Shown here in pieces: positions 9,794 through 19,954 of a stretch of 64,000 bases of DNA; within the stretch, counting starts at the first letter, position 1, and every line of letters begins with the position of its first letter. The notes under the pieces are model-generated. The model did no database searches. It was not told the DNA's origin and saw nothing but the letters and a program-made list of their open reading frames with translations. Location of the stretch: NCBI GenBank assembly GCA_965218585.1, contig CBDCLE010000020.1, positions 28,232 through 92,231 of the forward strand, in the 5' to 3' direction. The translations under genes were made by a program, and so were the position numbers. Source of the stretch: Terriglobia bacterium. GTDB taxonomy: Bacteria > Acidobacteriota > Terriglobia > 20CM-2-55-15.

Positions 9794-10999
9794 CTAGAGT
9801 AATATTCCTGCGATGGATGCCGTCATGAACGTCGCCAGCGTCCCGCCCAAGAGCGATCGCAAGCCCAGCCGGGCGAGGTCATGACGACGATCCGGGGCAA
9901 TTCCTCCGATTCCTCCGATCATGATGCCGATCGAGCCGAGGTTCGCGAAACCGGCTAGCGCGTAAGTGACGATCGTGACGGACCGCGGGTTCAGCGCGCC
10001 GGGTGTTTCCATGATCTGGGTCAAATTGCTGTAGGCGACGAATTCGTTCAGTATGACCTTCTGTCCCAGAAGACTGCCGACGGTGACAACATCCGCCCAC
10101 GGGACGCCCAGCGTGAAGGCGACAGGCGCAAACAGGATGCCCAGGATCTGTTCCAGCGTGATTCCGACAAGTCCCAGGATTCCGTTGGCCAGCGCAATGA
10201 GTGCCACGAAGGCGATCAGCATGGCGCCGACATTGAGGGCCAGACGCAGCCCATCGGAAGTCCCGCGTGCGATGGCGTCGATAAAGTTGACGTCCTCCTG
10301 GTCCATTTCTACCTCGATCCGGCCGCGAGTCTCGGGCGTCTCGGTCTCCGGGTTCAGCATCTTTGCGATAACCAGCCCGGCCGGGGCGGCCATGACACTT
10401 GCGGTCAACAGATGCCCCGCATCCACACCCATCTGTACGTACCCGGCCATCACGCTTCCCGCGATGGTGGCCATGCCTCCGGTCATCAGAGCCATCATTT
10501 CCGATTGAGTCATCCTGGAGACGAAAGGTTTGACCACAAGAGGGGCTTCGGTCATTCCCATGAAAACGTTCGCCGCAGCCGCCAGCGATTCGGCTCCACT
10601 TGTGCGCATCGTTTTTTTCATGATCTTCGCGAACACCAGAACGACGCGTTGCATGATGCCGACGTGGTAGAGCAGTGAAAACAGCGCAGCTGTGAATACG
10701 ATGATCGGCAGAACCTGGAACGCGATCACGACTCCGAATGAATCCGTGTCTGAAGCCAGGGGGCCGAAAACAAAAGCGGCACCCGCATTGGCGAATTCAA
10801 GCATGGTGGTTACCCCGCGACTGATGAAGTCGAAAACAGCCAGTCCGGGACTTGTCTTGAGGATGAAGAGAGCGAAGGCCAGTTGCAGGCCCAGCCCCCA
10901 GCCGACGATCCGATAATCGATAGCCCGCCTGTTGTTGGAGAGTCCGTACGCGACGGAGAGCATGAGGAGCAGCCCGCCGACACTGATGATGTTTGTCAT
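9794..10999 (-). CDS. CNT family (NupC-like) nucleoside transporter
   Basis: TSGAESL, FMGMTEAPL, NEFVAY, GFANLGS; start set at MTNIISV. Confidence 0.95.
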   Translation of the reverse strand: MTNIISVGGLLLMLSVAYGLSNNRRAIDYRIVGWGLGLQLAFALFILKTSPGLAVFDFISRGVTTMLEFANAGAAFVFGPLASDTDSFGVVIAFQVLPIIVFTAALFSLLYHVGIMQRVVLVFAKIMKKTMRTSGAESLAAAANVFMGMTEAPLVVKPFVSRMTQSEMMALMTGGMATIAGSVMAGYVQMGVDAGHLLTASVMAAPAGLVIAKMLNPETETPETRGRIEVEMDQEDVNFIDAIARGTSDGLRLALNVGAMLIAFVALIALANGILGLVGITLEQILGILFAPVAFTLGVPWADVVTVGSLLGQKVILNEFVAYSNLTQIMETPGALNPRSVTIVTYALAGFANLGSIGIMIGGIGGIAPDRRHDLARLGLRSLLGGTLATFMTASIAGILL

Positions 11000-11084
11000 G
11001 TGTTCCTCTCTTGGGATGTTTGTCTCGATGAAGCGCCACTCGAGCTCTATCGGTGAAATTTCCCGGGCAGTATAATCGAAAGCT

Positions 11085-11615
11085 ATGGAAGTCAGTGTCG
11101 GTGGGGTCCTGTTGCGTGTGGTGGAAGGCGACATAACCCAGATGGCGACCGATGCGATAGTGAACGCAGCCAATAATCATTTCTGGATGGGCGGAGGCGT
11201 CGCAGGAGCGATCAAGAGGGCCGGTGGCGGTAATATTGAAACCGAAGCAATGAGTCGAGGTCCCGTGCCGGTCGGGGAGTCTGTGGTGACAAGGGCAGGG
11301 AGCCTGCCTGCCCGATACGTTATCCATGCAGCTGTCATGGGGCAGGACCTTCAAACGAATACGAAGTCGATTCGTGATGCCACCCGGAGTACTCTCGAAC
11401 GCGCCGAAGAGCTTGGAATCGAGAGCGTGGCTCTGCCGGCATTCGGGACAGGAGTCGGTGGATTTCCAGCAACCGAATCGGCCGGTGCCATGCTAGGTGC
11501 TGCGCTCGAATTTGTTCAGCAGGACGAACTTGCACTAAAGTTGATCGTTTTCGTGCTGTTCTCCAACGATCTTGCAGAAATTTTTGGAGCGACCCTTGCC
11601 AGCGCCCTCAGATAG
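11085..11615 (+). CDS. Macro domain protein (ADP-ribose/O-acetyl-ADP-ribose binding or hydrolase)
   Basis: GDIT, IVNAAN, GGGVAGAI, FGTGVGG. Confidence 0.93.
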   Translation: MEVSVGGVLLRVVEGDITQMATDAIVNAANNHFWMGGGVAGAIKRAGGGNIETEAMSRGPVPVGESVVTRAGSLPARYVIHAAVMGQDLQTNTKSIRDATRSTLERAEELGIESVALPAFGTGVGGFPATESAGAMLGAALEFVQQDELALKLIVFVLFSNDLAEIFGATLASALR

Positions 11616-11627
11616 GAGAACCTAACC

Positions 11628-11984
11628 ATGTTTTGTCCGACCTGTGGATCTGAATACCTAGAGGGAATCACCGAATGCGGAGACTGTGGTGTCGCACTTG
11701 TCGCCGAACTGCCTAAATTCGAAGACAACGATGAGCCCTTGAAGATGATCCGGATCACTGGACCGACCGAGGCGCCGATGATTGAAGAACTGCTCGAACA
11801 CAATGGGATCGACTCGATTCTGCAAGGTGAGGCGTCGGCAGCCACAATTCCAGCCACTGGCCAACTCAACGCAGTGCGTATCTGGGTGCCCGCCTCCAAT
11901 GCGGAAAGGGCCTACGAAATAGTCGAGGCATTTTTTGACGATGAGAGCGAGAAACTTGAAGAGAATGAGGGTCCGGTTGAATAG
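11628..11984 (+). CDS. Zinc-ribbon + DUF2007-like protein
   Basis: MFCPTC..ECGDC then putative signal-transducing domain. Confidence 0.8.
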   Translation: MFCPTCGSEYLEGITECGDCGVALVAELPKFEDNDEPLKMIRITGPTEAPMIEELLEHNGIDSILQGEASAATIPATGQLNAVRIWVPASNAERAYEIVEAFFDDESEKLEENEGPVE

Positions 11985-12025
11985 TGGGTATTGTCCGAGA
12001 CCCGCGTAGTGTAGGAATATAAGGC

Positions 12026-12157
12026 ATGGATAATTTTACGCTCGCCGTAGTTATAGGTATCGTAGTCGTTCTTTGCGTTCTGTTGGGCCTCGTAATAGTG
12101 GACAAGGGTGCGCCCGATCCCGACCAGATTCCTAAGTCCCGAGGAAGAAAGTCGTAA
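12026..12157 (+). CDS. Putative 43-aa single-pass membrane protein (below ORF-track cutoff)
   Basis: MDNFTLAVVIGIVVVLCVLLGLVIVDKGAPDPDQIPKSRGRKS; co-oriented between two + strand genes. Confidence 0.55.
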   Translation: MDNFTLAVVIGIVVVLCVLLGLVIVDKGAPDPDQIPKSRGRKS

Positions 12158-12227
12158 GTCTGGCCGTTGTTTCGGCGTTGCCAAAGATCAATTCCACAGA
12201 TTCCTCGTCATCGATATCAGTTCCGAT

Positions 12228-13109
12228 ATGTCCGAATTGTTCGGGGAACCTCGAGACACGACCGGTATCTGGCGCGTGGGTACCGCTGGTTGGAGCTATC
12301 CACCCGGCAGTGGGTCCGGGACCTGGACGGGTGTCTTCTATCCGCTCAAGAAGACTGACGAACTGAAGTTCTATTCCCGCTACTTCAACACTGTTGAAGT
12401 CAACTCCACTTTCTACAGGCCCTGCTCGAGGGAAGTTGCCCGGGGTTGGGTTCGCCGCACGCCGGATGAGTTCGAGTTCACGGTTAAGGTCTGGCGCGAG
12501 TTTACTCATACGCGTGGATCATGGTCTCGAAGCGAAATCGATCTGTTCAGGGAAGGGCTGGAGCCTTTGGCCGAGAGTGGCAAGCTGGGGTGTATTCTGT
12601 TTCAGTTTCCCGCTTCGTTCCACCGGTCGGAGGAAAATCTGGCCTATCTGGAACGGGTACTTTCCCTGTTCAGCAAGTTCCCATCGGTCGTCGAGTTGCG
12701 CCACCGATCCTGGAATGATTCGTCGGATCTGATCACAACCATGGGCGCGACGCCGGCTTTTATCGATGAACCCAAGTTTGCTACTTCCATACGGCAGATC
12801 CTTCGGCCCTCCGGAGTGATGCTCTATGTTCGGCTTCACGGGCGCCGCAAGGACACGTGGTGGACCCATGAGAACCGGGAGGAGCGTTACGACTACCTCT
12901 ACAGTGGCGAGGAAATCGATCGTTACGCGGGAGTGCTCAAGCAGTTGTCCCAAGACAGGCCTATCGAAAAGGCTTACCTGATATTCAACAACCATCCGGG
13001 TGCGAAGGCCGTAGCGAACGCCGTTACGCTGCGCAGCAAGCTCGAAATCCCGAACCCGACGCCGCTTCCCGCGCCTTTGCTCGAACGCTTTCCGGAGCTG
13101 GGCGCATAA
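12228..13109 (+). CDS. DUF72 (YecE/YunF family) protein
   Basis: VGTAGWSY, VEVNSTFY, LFQFP, YVRLHGR, FNNH. Confidence 0.93.
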   Translation: MSELFGEPRDTTGIWRVGTAGWSYPPGSGSGTWTGVFYPLKKTDELKFYSRYFNTVEVNSTFYRPCSREVARGWVRRTPDEFEFTVKVWREFTHTRGSWSRSEIDLFREGLEPLAESGKLGCILFQFPASFHRSEENLAYLERVLSLFSKFPSVVELRHRSWNDSSDLITTMGATPAFIDEPKFATSIRQILRPSGVMLYVRLHGRRKDTWWTHENREERYDYLYSGEEIDRYAGVLKQLSQDRPIEKAYLIFNNHPGAKAVANAVTLRSKLEIPNPTPLPAPLLERFPELGA

Positions 13110-13247
13110 ATTTAATTTATAGCGCGAATCGGCCCCACAGCTGGACTCGCGGAACTAAGAACCTCGAGAAGGTTGGTGAAATAAAGCGCTTTTTCTTGCA
13201 CATTTAGCATGAAAAGGACAAGCTACCGGGAGGAGTACGCTAAGAAT

Positions 13248-13826
13248 ATGAGATTCGTTTCCCTGTGCTTGTTTCTGGCCGGCGTTCTTCTGATCCTGCC
13301 ATCTGTGACCAATGCCCAGCAGTTGCCTGGCGGACGAAACACCGACTTGGAAATGCTGGAAAAGGGCTTCGATGTGCTGGGAACCAATGTGCCCAGCTTT
13401 CCCCCGGGCTTTTGGAGTACACCTGAAGGAAAGGCCAGGCTGGAACAGCTTCAGATGGAGCGTTTCAGGGAGAGCATCGAGGAGTTGGCCGAGCTGGGTG
13501 AAGAAGACTGGACCGCTCAATATGTTTCGACTTCGGATCGGTCGGTTCGCCGGGAATTTGAGGACAGGGTGGAGGATCTGGAGGAAGTCACCGACGGGTT
13601 GATCAAGTTCTTCGAATGGAGATTTGCTGCCGAGCCGATCGAAGTTGAAGAGCCTTCCCGGGAGGGTATTCGAGAACGGGTGGTACAGATGACTCCGATG
13701 CTGGGACAGATCCTTGAGGCGATCGACACTCTTCAGGCCGGTGGCGGCATTCAGGTTCAGCAGTTCGTCACAATGCGGGAGAACCTGGCCCATATCCACA
13801 CACTCAGTCGAATCCTGCGCGACTGA
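13248..13826 (+). CDS. Exported hypothetical protein
   Basis: Signal peptide after GGAGGA; helical acidic body. Confidence 0.75.
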   Translation: MRFVSLCLFLAGVLLILPSVTNAQQLPGGRNTDLEMLEKGFDVLGTNVPSFPPGFWSTPEGKARLEQLQMERFRESIEELAELGEEDWTAQYVSTSDRSVRREFEDRVEDLEEVTDGLIKFFEWRFAAEPIEVEEPSREGIRERVVQMTPMLGQILEAIDTLQAGGGIQVQQFVTMRENLAHIHTLSRILRD

Positions 13827-13911
13827 ACCTGCTCGAAAGATCGCCCGAAATCTTCCTGTTTCCCCGACCGACACGACCGGCACGGTCCGGGGTGCTTCGA
13901 TCAACTGGTTA

Positions 13912-14505
13912 ATGAACATGTGGACAAGCCGAATCGTCGCGTTGTTTTTCGTCCTGGGTACCTTACATGTGTCAGCAGAGGCGCAGGATCCCGTTCGTGT
14001 CCGGATCCGAACAGGGATGGGCAACGTCGACGTTGAACTGTACCCGGACAAGGCTCCCGGGACGGTGGAAAATTTTCTCAGATACGTGGATGGTGGTTTC
14101 TATCAAGGCGGGCGTTTTCACCGTACGGTCACGCTCGACAATCAACCGAACAACGACGTGCTGATCGAGGTCATTCAGGCTGGCATTAACCCGGAGCGGG
14201 ACGGGGAAGGTTTCGACCCTATTCCGCTGGAGCGGACCAGTGTGACCGGGCTCCGGCACGAAGACGGCGTGATCTCGATGGCCCGGTTCGAGCCCGATTC
14301 AGCGCGGTCGGATTTCTTCATCTGTATCGAAGATCAGCCGTCGCTGGATTTCGGTGGGGCCCGCAACCCGGACGGGCAGGGATTTGCAGCGTTCGGGAAG
14401 GTCATCGACGGTATGGACGTTGTGCGCGCGATTCAGGGCGCGCCCGTCGAGGAGCAGCGTCTCACCCCACCGGTGGGTATCCTTTCGATAGAGCGGCTCC
14501 GATAG
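13912..14505 (+). CDS. Cyclophilin-type peptidyl-prolyl isomerase, exported
   Basis: KAPGTVENF, FHR, SMAR, FFI, AAFGKVIDGMDVV. Confidence 0.93.
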   Translation: MNMWTSRIVALFFVLGTLHVSAEAQDPVRVRIRTGMGNVDVELYPDKAPGTVENFLRYVDGGFYQGGRFHRTVTLDNQPNNDVLIEVIQAGINPERDGEGFDPIPLERTSVTGLRHEDGVISMARFEPDSARSDFFICIEDQPSLDFGGARNPDGQGFAAFGKVIDGMDVVRAIQGAPVEEQRLTPPVGILSIERLR

Positions 14506-14548
14506 CCGGAGAATAGCCGCGGAGCCCGGAGCGGGAGTCCGACACCCG

Positions 14549-15604
14549 TTAGAAGGACGCCAATGCGTTAAATGGGCTTGCCGTGCCTCCCCGGATCGGA
14601 TTGATCTGAATGGCTGTCAGGAATTCCCATTGCCGCAATCGCGCAGCTGTCGCCGCAACTTCTTTCAGGTAGCCGTTATCGACGATGGGCAACCCCAGAT
14701 TCACCTGTGTGAGTTGATGTATGGGGCGGTTGATGCCTTGAACACCGGATGGCTGAACATCGTTCACGGCGTCACCAATCAAAATCGCCACATCCCTTTC
14801 ACGTAGCCAGGGCAGAACCGATGCGTGCAAGCCCGCTCCCCCCTGTCCGTATCGCCAGGGCCCTTCAGCTTCACGTTTCGCCCAGCGACCCGTGCGAACA
14901 AAGAGCGCATCGCCGCTGCCGATTTTAACGCCGGCAAATTCCTCCCAGGCTTCGAGGTCGGACACGTAAATGGGCGTGCTCGGCTCCAACCAGTCGACGC
15001 CTCGCATCAGGGGCATATCCACCAGGACACCCCGGGTCACATAGGACGTGCCCATACGATCGATCGCCAGGTCTTCGCAACCCGTGGCCGTAAGATTCTG
15101 CGGATATCCGTTAAAGATCACGTATTCGCCATCTATTTCAGTTCGGTAATGGCAAAGCGCATCCAGATGAGAAAGCATACCGTCGTGAAGAGAGAACTGT
15201 ATTTCATCCAGTGCAAAACTGGGTTCGCCGGTAACCGGATCGAGTCGACTCATCCAGTGTTCTGTGGGTCCGAAGGTCTGGCTATCCAGCGTTTTCTCCT
15301 CGGTCACAAAATGCTGCAGGGTTACGGTTTCACCTGCCCGCACTAACGAGGCAGCCTGCCGGGTCTTTTCCGGCGTGATCAGATTCAAAGTGCCGCGTTG
15401 ATCGTCCGGTCCCCACCTTCCCCAGTTGGACAATTCCTGCTCCCAATTACTCAGGGTCTCAAGAGTAACCAGAACAGACGGGTCCTGGGTCGACGGATGC
15501 ATCTGAAATTCCTGCGCCGCCATCGCATCGAACAGGAACAACGCGAGCATCATGCAAACTGCTCTCATGGCGGTCTTTGGTTGTGCCTTAAAGATTTTAG
15601 TCAT
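14549..15604 (-). CDS. Cyclase family (kynurenine formamidase-like) metal hydrolase with signal peptide
   Basis: SNWGRWGPDDQRGTLN, HLDALCH, TRGVLVD, RTGRW, GGTASP. Confidence 0.88.
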   Translation of the reverse strand: MTKIFKAQPKTAMRAVCMMLALFLFDAMAAQEFQMHPSTQDPSVLVTLETLSNWEQELSNWGRWGPDDQRGTLNLITPEKTRQAASLVRAGETVTLQHFVTEEKTLDSQTFGPTEHWMSRLDPVTGEPSFALDEIQFSLHDGMLSHLDALCHYRTEIDGEYVIFNGYPQNLTATGCEDLAIDRMGTSYVTRGVLVDMPLMRGVDWLEPSTPIYVSDLEAWEEFAGVKIGSGDALFVRTGRWAKREAEGPWRYGQGGAGLHASVLPWLRERDVAILIGDAVNDVQPSGVQGINRPIHQLTQVNLGLPIVDNGYLKEVAATAARLRQWEFLTAIQINPIRGGTASPFNALASF

Positions 15605-15636
15605 GGGACCAGACTTCCACAGCCTTCCTCACCAAA

Positions 15637-17022
15637 TCATCTCTGTGGCACGACGCGAAACTCTTCGTTGGGAGGAGGGATCACAGCGATCTCCGTGGGG
15701 CGCTCTAGCTGGGGCACCCAGTCGTATGGAACGCGGTATGCACGGTAGACACGGTTGCTCCGGTTCGGAACTGTGGTGAAATACGGATTGACGTACTCCC
15801 AGACGATCTCATTGTCGCTGGTCACCTCGAACATGCGTCCGATGGCTCCTTCATTGATCAGCGTGTTGCCATTCGGCAACCGCTGGGCCGAGCTGATGTA
15901 CTGACTGAAGAACGTGACCCGTTCCTGGCCAGCGATGGAATACTCCCAGACCTTTTCGAACGTTACCGGGTTCACCTCGAGGACGCGTGAGCCCAAGCGT
16001 CGGACGGTTCCCCTTCCGGTCGGCGCCGACAGGTTCGGAGCGCCGTAGCCAGCCGCCCCGCCATTGTCAAAGACCAGCAGGTTGCCGGCGCCGGGGAGCC
16101 CGGTCGGGATGATGTGCGGTTGATGCTGGCCCACGACCTGGCCCAGCCGGGCCAGGGCCGGGTCATCCCGGTAGTCGGGTCCCATCTTCCAGACGACGTC
16201 GCCGTCACGGTCCACGATGGCGATGATGTTCGACTGGCGACTGCTCCACATAACATTCTCAGGATGGAACCGCTCATCTCCCTCGTCGTACCAGTGGTTC
16301 GGGCCGACGTATGCCATGGCGTTGATGTGCATCCAGTCGGCGGTGCCTCGTGCTTCGCTCCAGCCGGGATAGCGGTAGATCGTGTTGCGCGCCTCGCCGC
16401 TGAAACCGAACTCGTCGATATGGTCGCTGGCCAGCCACTCCCATGTGATGTCGCCATCCCAGGTGACCTCCAGAATGTAGTCGTCTTCGAGCGTCTTGTC
16501 GGTGATTTCCGGATTCAGGACGTCGCGATGCGCTAGAACGAGCGTCCGCCCCTGGTCTACCATTGGCTCTGCGTCGGGCGCGTAGTAGCCGACGGGGCTT
16601 CCCTCACGCTGCCAGTCGTGGTGCATCCGGACCATCCACCTGGGTTCTTCGCCTTCCTCTTCCACCAGTTCGGTGCGATCGAACTTCCAGACGATCTCGC
16701 CGTCCCAGTCCACCTGGATGAGTTCCAGCGCCTCCTGCCGCCCCCGCCGGGCGCTGGAGCCACCGACGAGATAACCGCCCGGCAGGACACGAACCGGCGC
16801 TGAAGTTACTTCCGTCCAGTGCTTCAGCACGTTGCCGTTCATGTCCATAAGCACAGTGCCGCCCTCTCTCTCCCCCTCCCCCCGAATTTCGAAGACGGTG
16901 TAGCCGCTCCAGGTCTTGTCCGGGTGGAACACGGTGGTGCCCGTCGGGAAAACGGACTGAAAAGTGAGCGATAGCGACGGCGTCAGAACGAGAGCAGCCG
17001 CCAGCATCATGAGTCTTTTCAT
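15637..17022 (-). CDS. Arylsulfotransferase (ASST)-like beta-propeller, exported
   Basis: HHDWQREG, DWMHIN, GQHQPH, FDNG, SAQRLPNGNTLINEG. Confidence 0.85.
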   Translation of the reverse strand: MKRLMMLAAALVLTPSLSLTFQSVFPTGTTVFHPDKTWSGYTVFEIRGEGEREGGTVLMDMNGNVLKHWTEVTSAPVRVLPGGYLVGGSSARRGRQEALELIQVDWDGEIVWKFDRTELVEEEGEEPRWMVRMHHDWQREGSPVGYYAPDAEPMVDQGRTLVLAHRDVLNPEITDKTLEDDYILEVTWDGDITWEWLASDHIDEFGFSGEARNTIYRYPGWSEARGTADWMHINAMAYVGPNHWYDEGDERFHPENVMWSSRQSNIIAIVDRDGDVVWKMGPDYRDDPALARLGQVVGQHQPHIIPTGLPGAGNLLVFDNGGAAGYGAPNLSAPTGRGTVRRLGSRVLEVNPVTFEKVWEYSIAGQERVTFFSQYISSAQRLPNGNTLINEGAIGRMFEVTSDNEIVWEYVNPYFTTVPNRSNRVYRAYRVPYDWVPQLERPTEIAVIPPPNEEFRVVPQR

Positions 17023-17196
17023 TTCATCTCTCCTCTTTTGCTGCTGCGATGCCAGACGAAGGGCGATGTAGTCAACCCAGGACTGCTCGACATGCCGGAT
17101 TCCGTGCTTGGCAGTTGGATAATAAGACTACACGCGGGACTTGAGGTCAATCAAAACGGCAATAAATCACCCGCGAATGAACCCGCTCCTTGCTAA

Positions 17197-18039
17197 TCAA
17201 AAAAACTGGGTCGATACCTCGTTCTCGATGCAGATGTATTCGATCATGTTTGTGTCGAGCATAACGCGCTGGTTCACCCGGACGGTGAACGGCTCCGTGT
17301 ATGCCATGGGGTCTTCGATGGTGACATCGATTTCCAGATTTCCGTAGTTCACTCGACGGAACCGCTCAGTTATCTTCCCTGACGAGGTCAACGGGCTGCC
17401 GTTGTAATCGAGCCACACATCATCCCTAAAACCGATCGTTTCCACGACCAGCGTGTCTCCCTCCCATCTGCCCACCGAGTAACCAAACCACCACGGTAAC
17501 GGGTCGTTGTCGGGCAAGGACCGACCATCTGTGAAGATCTGCCGAATACCCGAGTTGGCTTCATTCAGAATGACGATCACATCCGGAGTCTGGATGATCT
17601 TCCTCGGAAAGATATGCGTGTGATACAGCATGTGGCCCATCGGCAGACAGTGAGCGTCGGGGTTGCCTTGCGCATCGTCCGCCATGCGCTGTTGTCCGAT
17701 CTCTTCAGCCCATTCTGTATACGGAACCTCCATCTGGGCTCCGATCTCAAAGAAGTTCGCGACAGGAGGCGAACCTGGCGGTGGGCTCGGGCGTTCCCCA
17801 GCAGCACCCCGACCCAGTTGTCCCCCTACCGGAGCACGCTGGCCACCGACGTTCTCCCAAAGGCCCGTCAAATCCGGTCTGCCTTCGCTTGTCCTGGGTA
17901 TTGGCCCTTCCAGATCCGGTTCTCCGTCAGGCATTCTGGGGACTCCGGACGTGGGAAAAGCCGCCCACTGCGCCGAGAGCGAACCCGAAACGAGAGTCAA
18001 GGCAGCGATCAGACCAGCCGTACGCAGCAACATTTTCAT
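17197..18039 (-). CDS. Exported conserved hypothetical protein (Acidobacteria-expanded type)
   Basis: Signal peptide; PDLTGLW, AHCLPMG, GYSVGRWEGDTLVVET, EYIC. Confidence 0.8.
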   Translation of the reverse strand: MKMLLRTAGLIAALTLVSGSLSAQWAAFPTSGVPRMPDGEPDLEGPIPRTSEGRPDLTGLWENVGGQRAPVGGQLGRGAAGERPSPPPGSPPVANFFEIGAQMEVPYTEWAEEIGQQRMADDAQGNPDAHCLPMGHMLYHTHIFPRKIIQTPDVIVILNEANSGIRQIFTDGRSLPDNDPLPWWFGYSVGRWEGDTLVVETIGFRDDVWLDYNGSPLTSSGKITERFRRVNYGNLEIDVTIEDPMAYTEPFTVRVNQRVMLDTNMIEYICIENEVSTQFF

Positions 18040-18280
18040 CTTCAGCCTCCCGATTGGACGCGGTTGTAACTATTGGAACAGTCTCCCGGATGACAGAGTC
18101 CGGAGTTTTTCCAAAAAGCAAGTCTATAGACCGAATGGGATTGGAAGCAATCAGAACGTCAGTGTTGCAAGGTGAGGCTGTTCACTGTTGGAATCCATTA
18201 CAGTTTCTCTCCGATTATTGAAAAGGTAAGCTCCCTGGCGTAGGTTCCGGAAGACGCTAATCGAGCAGGAATAGTTCTCA

Positions 18281-18315
18281 ACTTCCGAGAAGATGATTTC
18301 TCGGGACTTGACCTC
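18281..18315 (+). other. dif/Xer-like site A
   Basis: ACTTCCGAGAA-GATGAT-TTCTCGGGACT (11-6-11) + TGACCTC. Confidence 0.55.
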
Positions 18316-18339
18316 TGTGGGAGGTAGGAGCGTTGGTTC

Positions 18340-18729
18340 CTAATTCTTGTTCCTGAACGGCAACGTAAACTCGTCGTCCTGAATGTTGCACATCATTCTC
18401 GCGTGCACCTTGTACTCTCGCCACAGCTTGCCCGCTTCCTCGTCATCCGGCAAGAAACACCGACCCAGATACATTCCATCTCTGGGCGTTGTTGAATACT
18501 TTACGTAATAGCAATCCGGACGGTCGGCAAGATCACCGAGAAGGCGGCTCAACAAGTCTTGGTCAGTCGCTGTAAAACAGAGCTTCTTTCGTGAGAACTC
18601 TTGTTCATCATTCCAGCCTGCACCTCGACGTCCCATGAAGACACCATTGTGAGTCACATGGAATGTATCTGAGTTCAAGAACTCACCTCCTGAATGGGCC
18701 TGTTCAACATTTAGCTCAACGTCCGACAA
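18340..18729 (-). CDS. Hypothetical protein between sites A and B (true start uncertain)
   Basis: 129-aa ORF; its TTG start overlaps site B. Confidence 0.6.
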   Translation of the reverse strand: MSDVELNVEQAHSGGEFLNSDTFHVTHNGVFMGRRGAGWNDEQEFSRKKLCFTATDQDLLSRLLGDLADRPDCYYVKYSTTPRDGMYLGRCFLPDDEEAGKLWREYKVHARMMCNIQDDEFTLPFRNKN

Positions 18730-18753
18730 GATGATTTATCAGGACTTGACCTC
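18719..18753 (+). other. dif/Xer-like site B (direct repeat of A)
   Basis: ACGTCCGACAA-GATGAT-TTATCAGGACT + TGACCTC. Confidence 0.6.
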
Positions 18754-18758
18754 GGAAA

Positions 18759-18901
18759 TCAGGGGACCGGCACCCGCATGGCATGCACCAAGGACATGCC
18801 GAGCACGTTGAGTAAAAATTGGCCGTCATCTTCATGTCTTCGGTCGTTAGCGCCAAATGGTGCACGCCATGGGTCAGCGCCACGGGTTTTGTATATGCCA
18901 T
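18759..18901 (-). pseudogene. VOC/glyoxalase family 5' fragment
   Basis: MAYTKPVALTHGVHHLALTTEDMKMT.. frameshift ..NVLGMSLVHAMRVP, ending next to site B. Confidence 0.75.
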
Positions 18902-18997
18902 GGAAGCCTCCGTCAGGGAACGGGTACTGTGGACCGAAATGTAGTATTGGAGGCCGCCATGTTGCACAATATGCCCCGAACCAAATTGGGAAAATCA

Positions 18998-19954
18998 ATG
19001 GCACCGTCCGAAACACGTATCGATGTACACCACCATGTGCTGCCTGAATTTTACAAGGACGCGCAGCGTGCCGCAGGTATTTCCGGCAGCGCATATCGCG
19101 GGTTTCCGGAATGGACACCGGAGAAATCGCTCGCGCTGATGAACGACCACCAGATCGCCTCCACCATTTTGTCGTTTACCGCGCCGGGCATCTATTTTGG
19201 CGACCCTGTCCAGACCTGCGATCTCGCGCGCCGGTGCAACGACTATCTGGCTGCCCTCGCGCAGGCCCATCCCGGGCGTTTCGGGGGATTTGCGTTCCTT
19301 CCCTTACCGGATATCGATGCGTCCCTGGCGGAAATTGAACGGCTCGTGGACGATCTGAAACTCGACGGCATTACGCTCCTGACCAGCGTCGATGAGCGCT
19401 ATATCGGCCATCCGGATTTCGAGCCGGTCTATGAAGAGCTCAACCGGCGGCGGGTGGTAACCTTTATTCACCCCTGTTATCCGCCGGGAACCGAGGCACG
19501 GGGCTGGAACATCCCGCGCATGATGATCGACTTCCCGTTCGAGACCACTCGCGTGGCCACCAATCTGATCCTCAACGGAGTGATGGAACGACACCGGGAC
19601 ATCCCGTTTATCCTGTCACATGCGGGCGGCACGTTACCGTTCCTCGCCCATCGCATCGCCATCTTCGACAAGAAAATATCGCTCCAGGACAACTACCCGG
19701 AAGGGGCACTCGCTTACATGAAACGGTTTTATTTCGACACAGCGCTGTCGGGCAACAAGGTACCGCTCGATGCCTTGTCTGGGATTATAGATCCCTCGCA
19801 CATTTTGTTTGGCAGCGATTACCCCTACGTGTCGGAAGATGTCGTCGCCATCGAGACCGACGGGTTGGATAGCTACGTCGGCTATGATGAGACGACACAC
19901 GCGATGATCAATCGCGGCAATGCCGAAAAACTGTTTCCGCGCTTCGCGGCTTAG
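18998..19954 (+). CDS. Amidohydrolase_2 family (aromatic decarboxylase/hydratase-like)
   Basis: IDVHHH, FIHP, LSHAGGTLP, FGSDYPY. Confidence 0.9.
   Translation: MAPSETRIDVHHHVLPEFYKDAQRAAGISGSAYRGFPEWTPEKSLALMNDHQIASTILSFTAPGIYFGDPVQTCDLARRCNDYLAALAQAHPGRFGGFAFLPLPDIDASLAEIERLVDDLKLDGITLLTSVDERYIGHPDFEPVYEELNRRRVVTFIHPCYPPGTEARGWNIPRMMIDFPFETTRVATNLILNGVMERHRDIPFILSHAGGTLPFLAHRIAIFDKKISLQDNYPEGALAYMKRFYFDTALSGNKVPLDALSGIIDPSHILFGSDYPYVSEDVVAIETDGLDSYVGYDETTHAMINRGNAEKLFPRFAA

Noticed and set aside
17112-17148. Possible extra dif-like site AGTTGGATAATAAGACTACACGCGGGACTTGAGG
   Set aside because: Needs indels to fit the 11-6-11 layout; too degenerate to count
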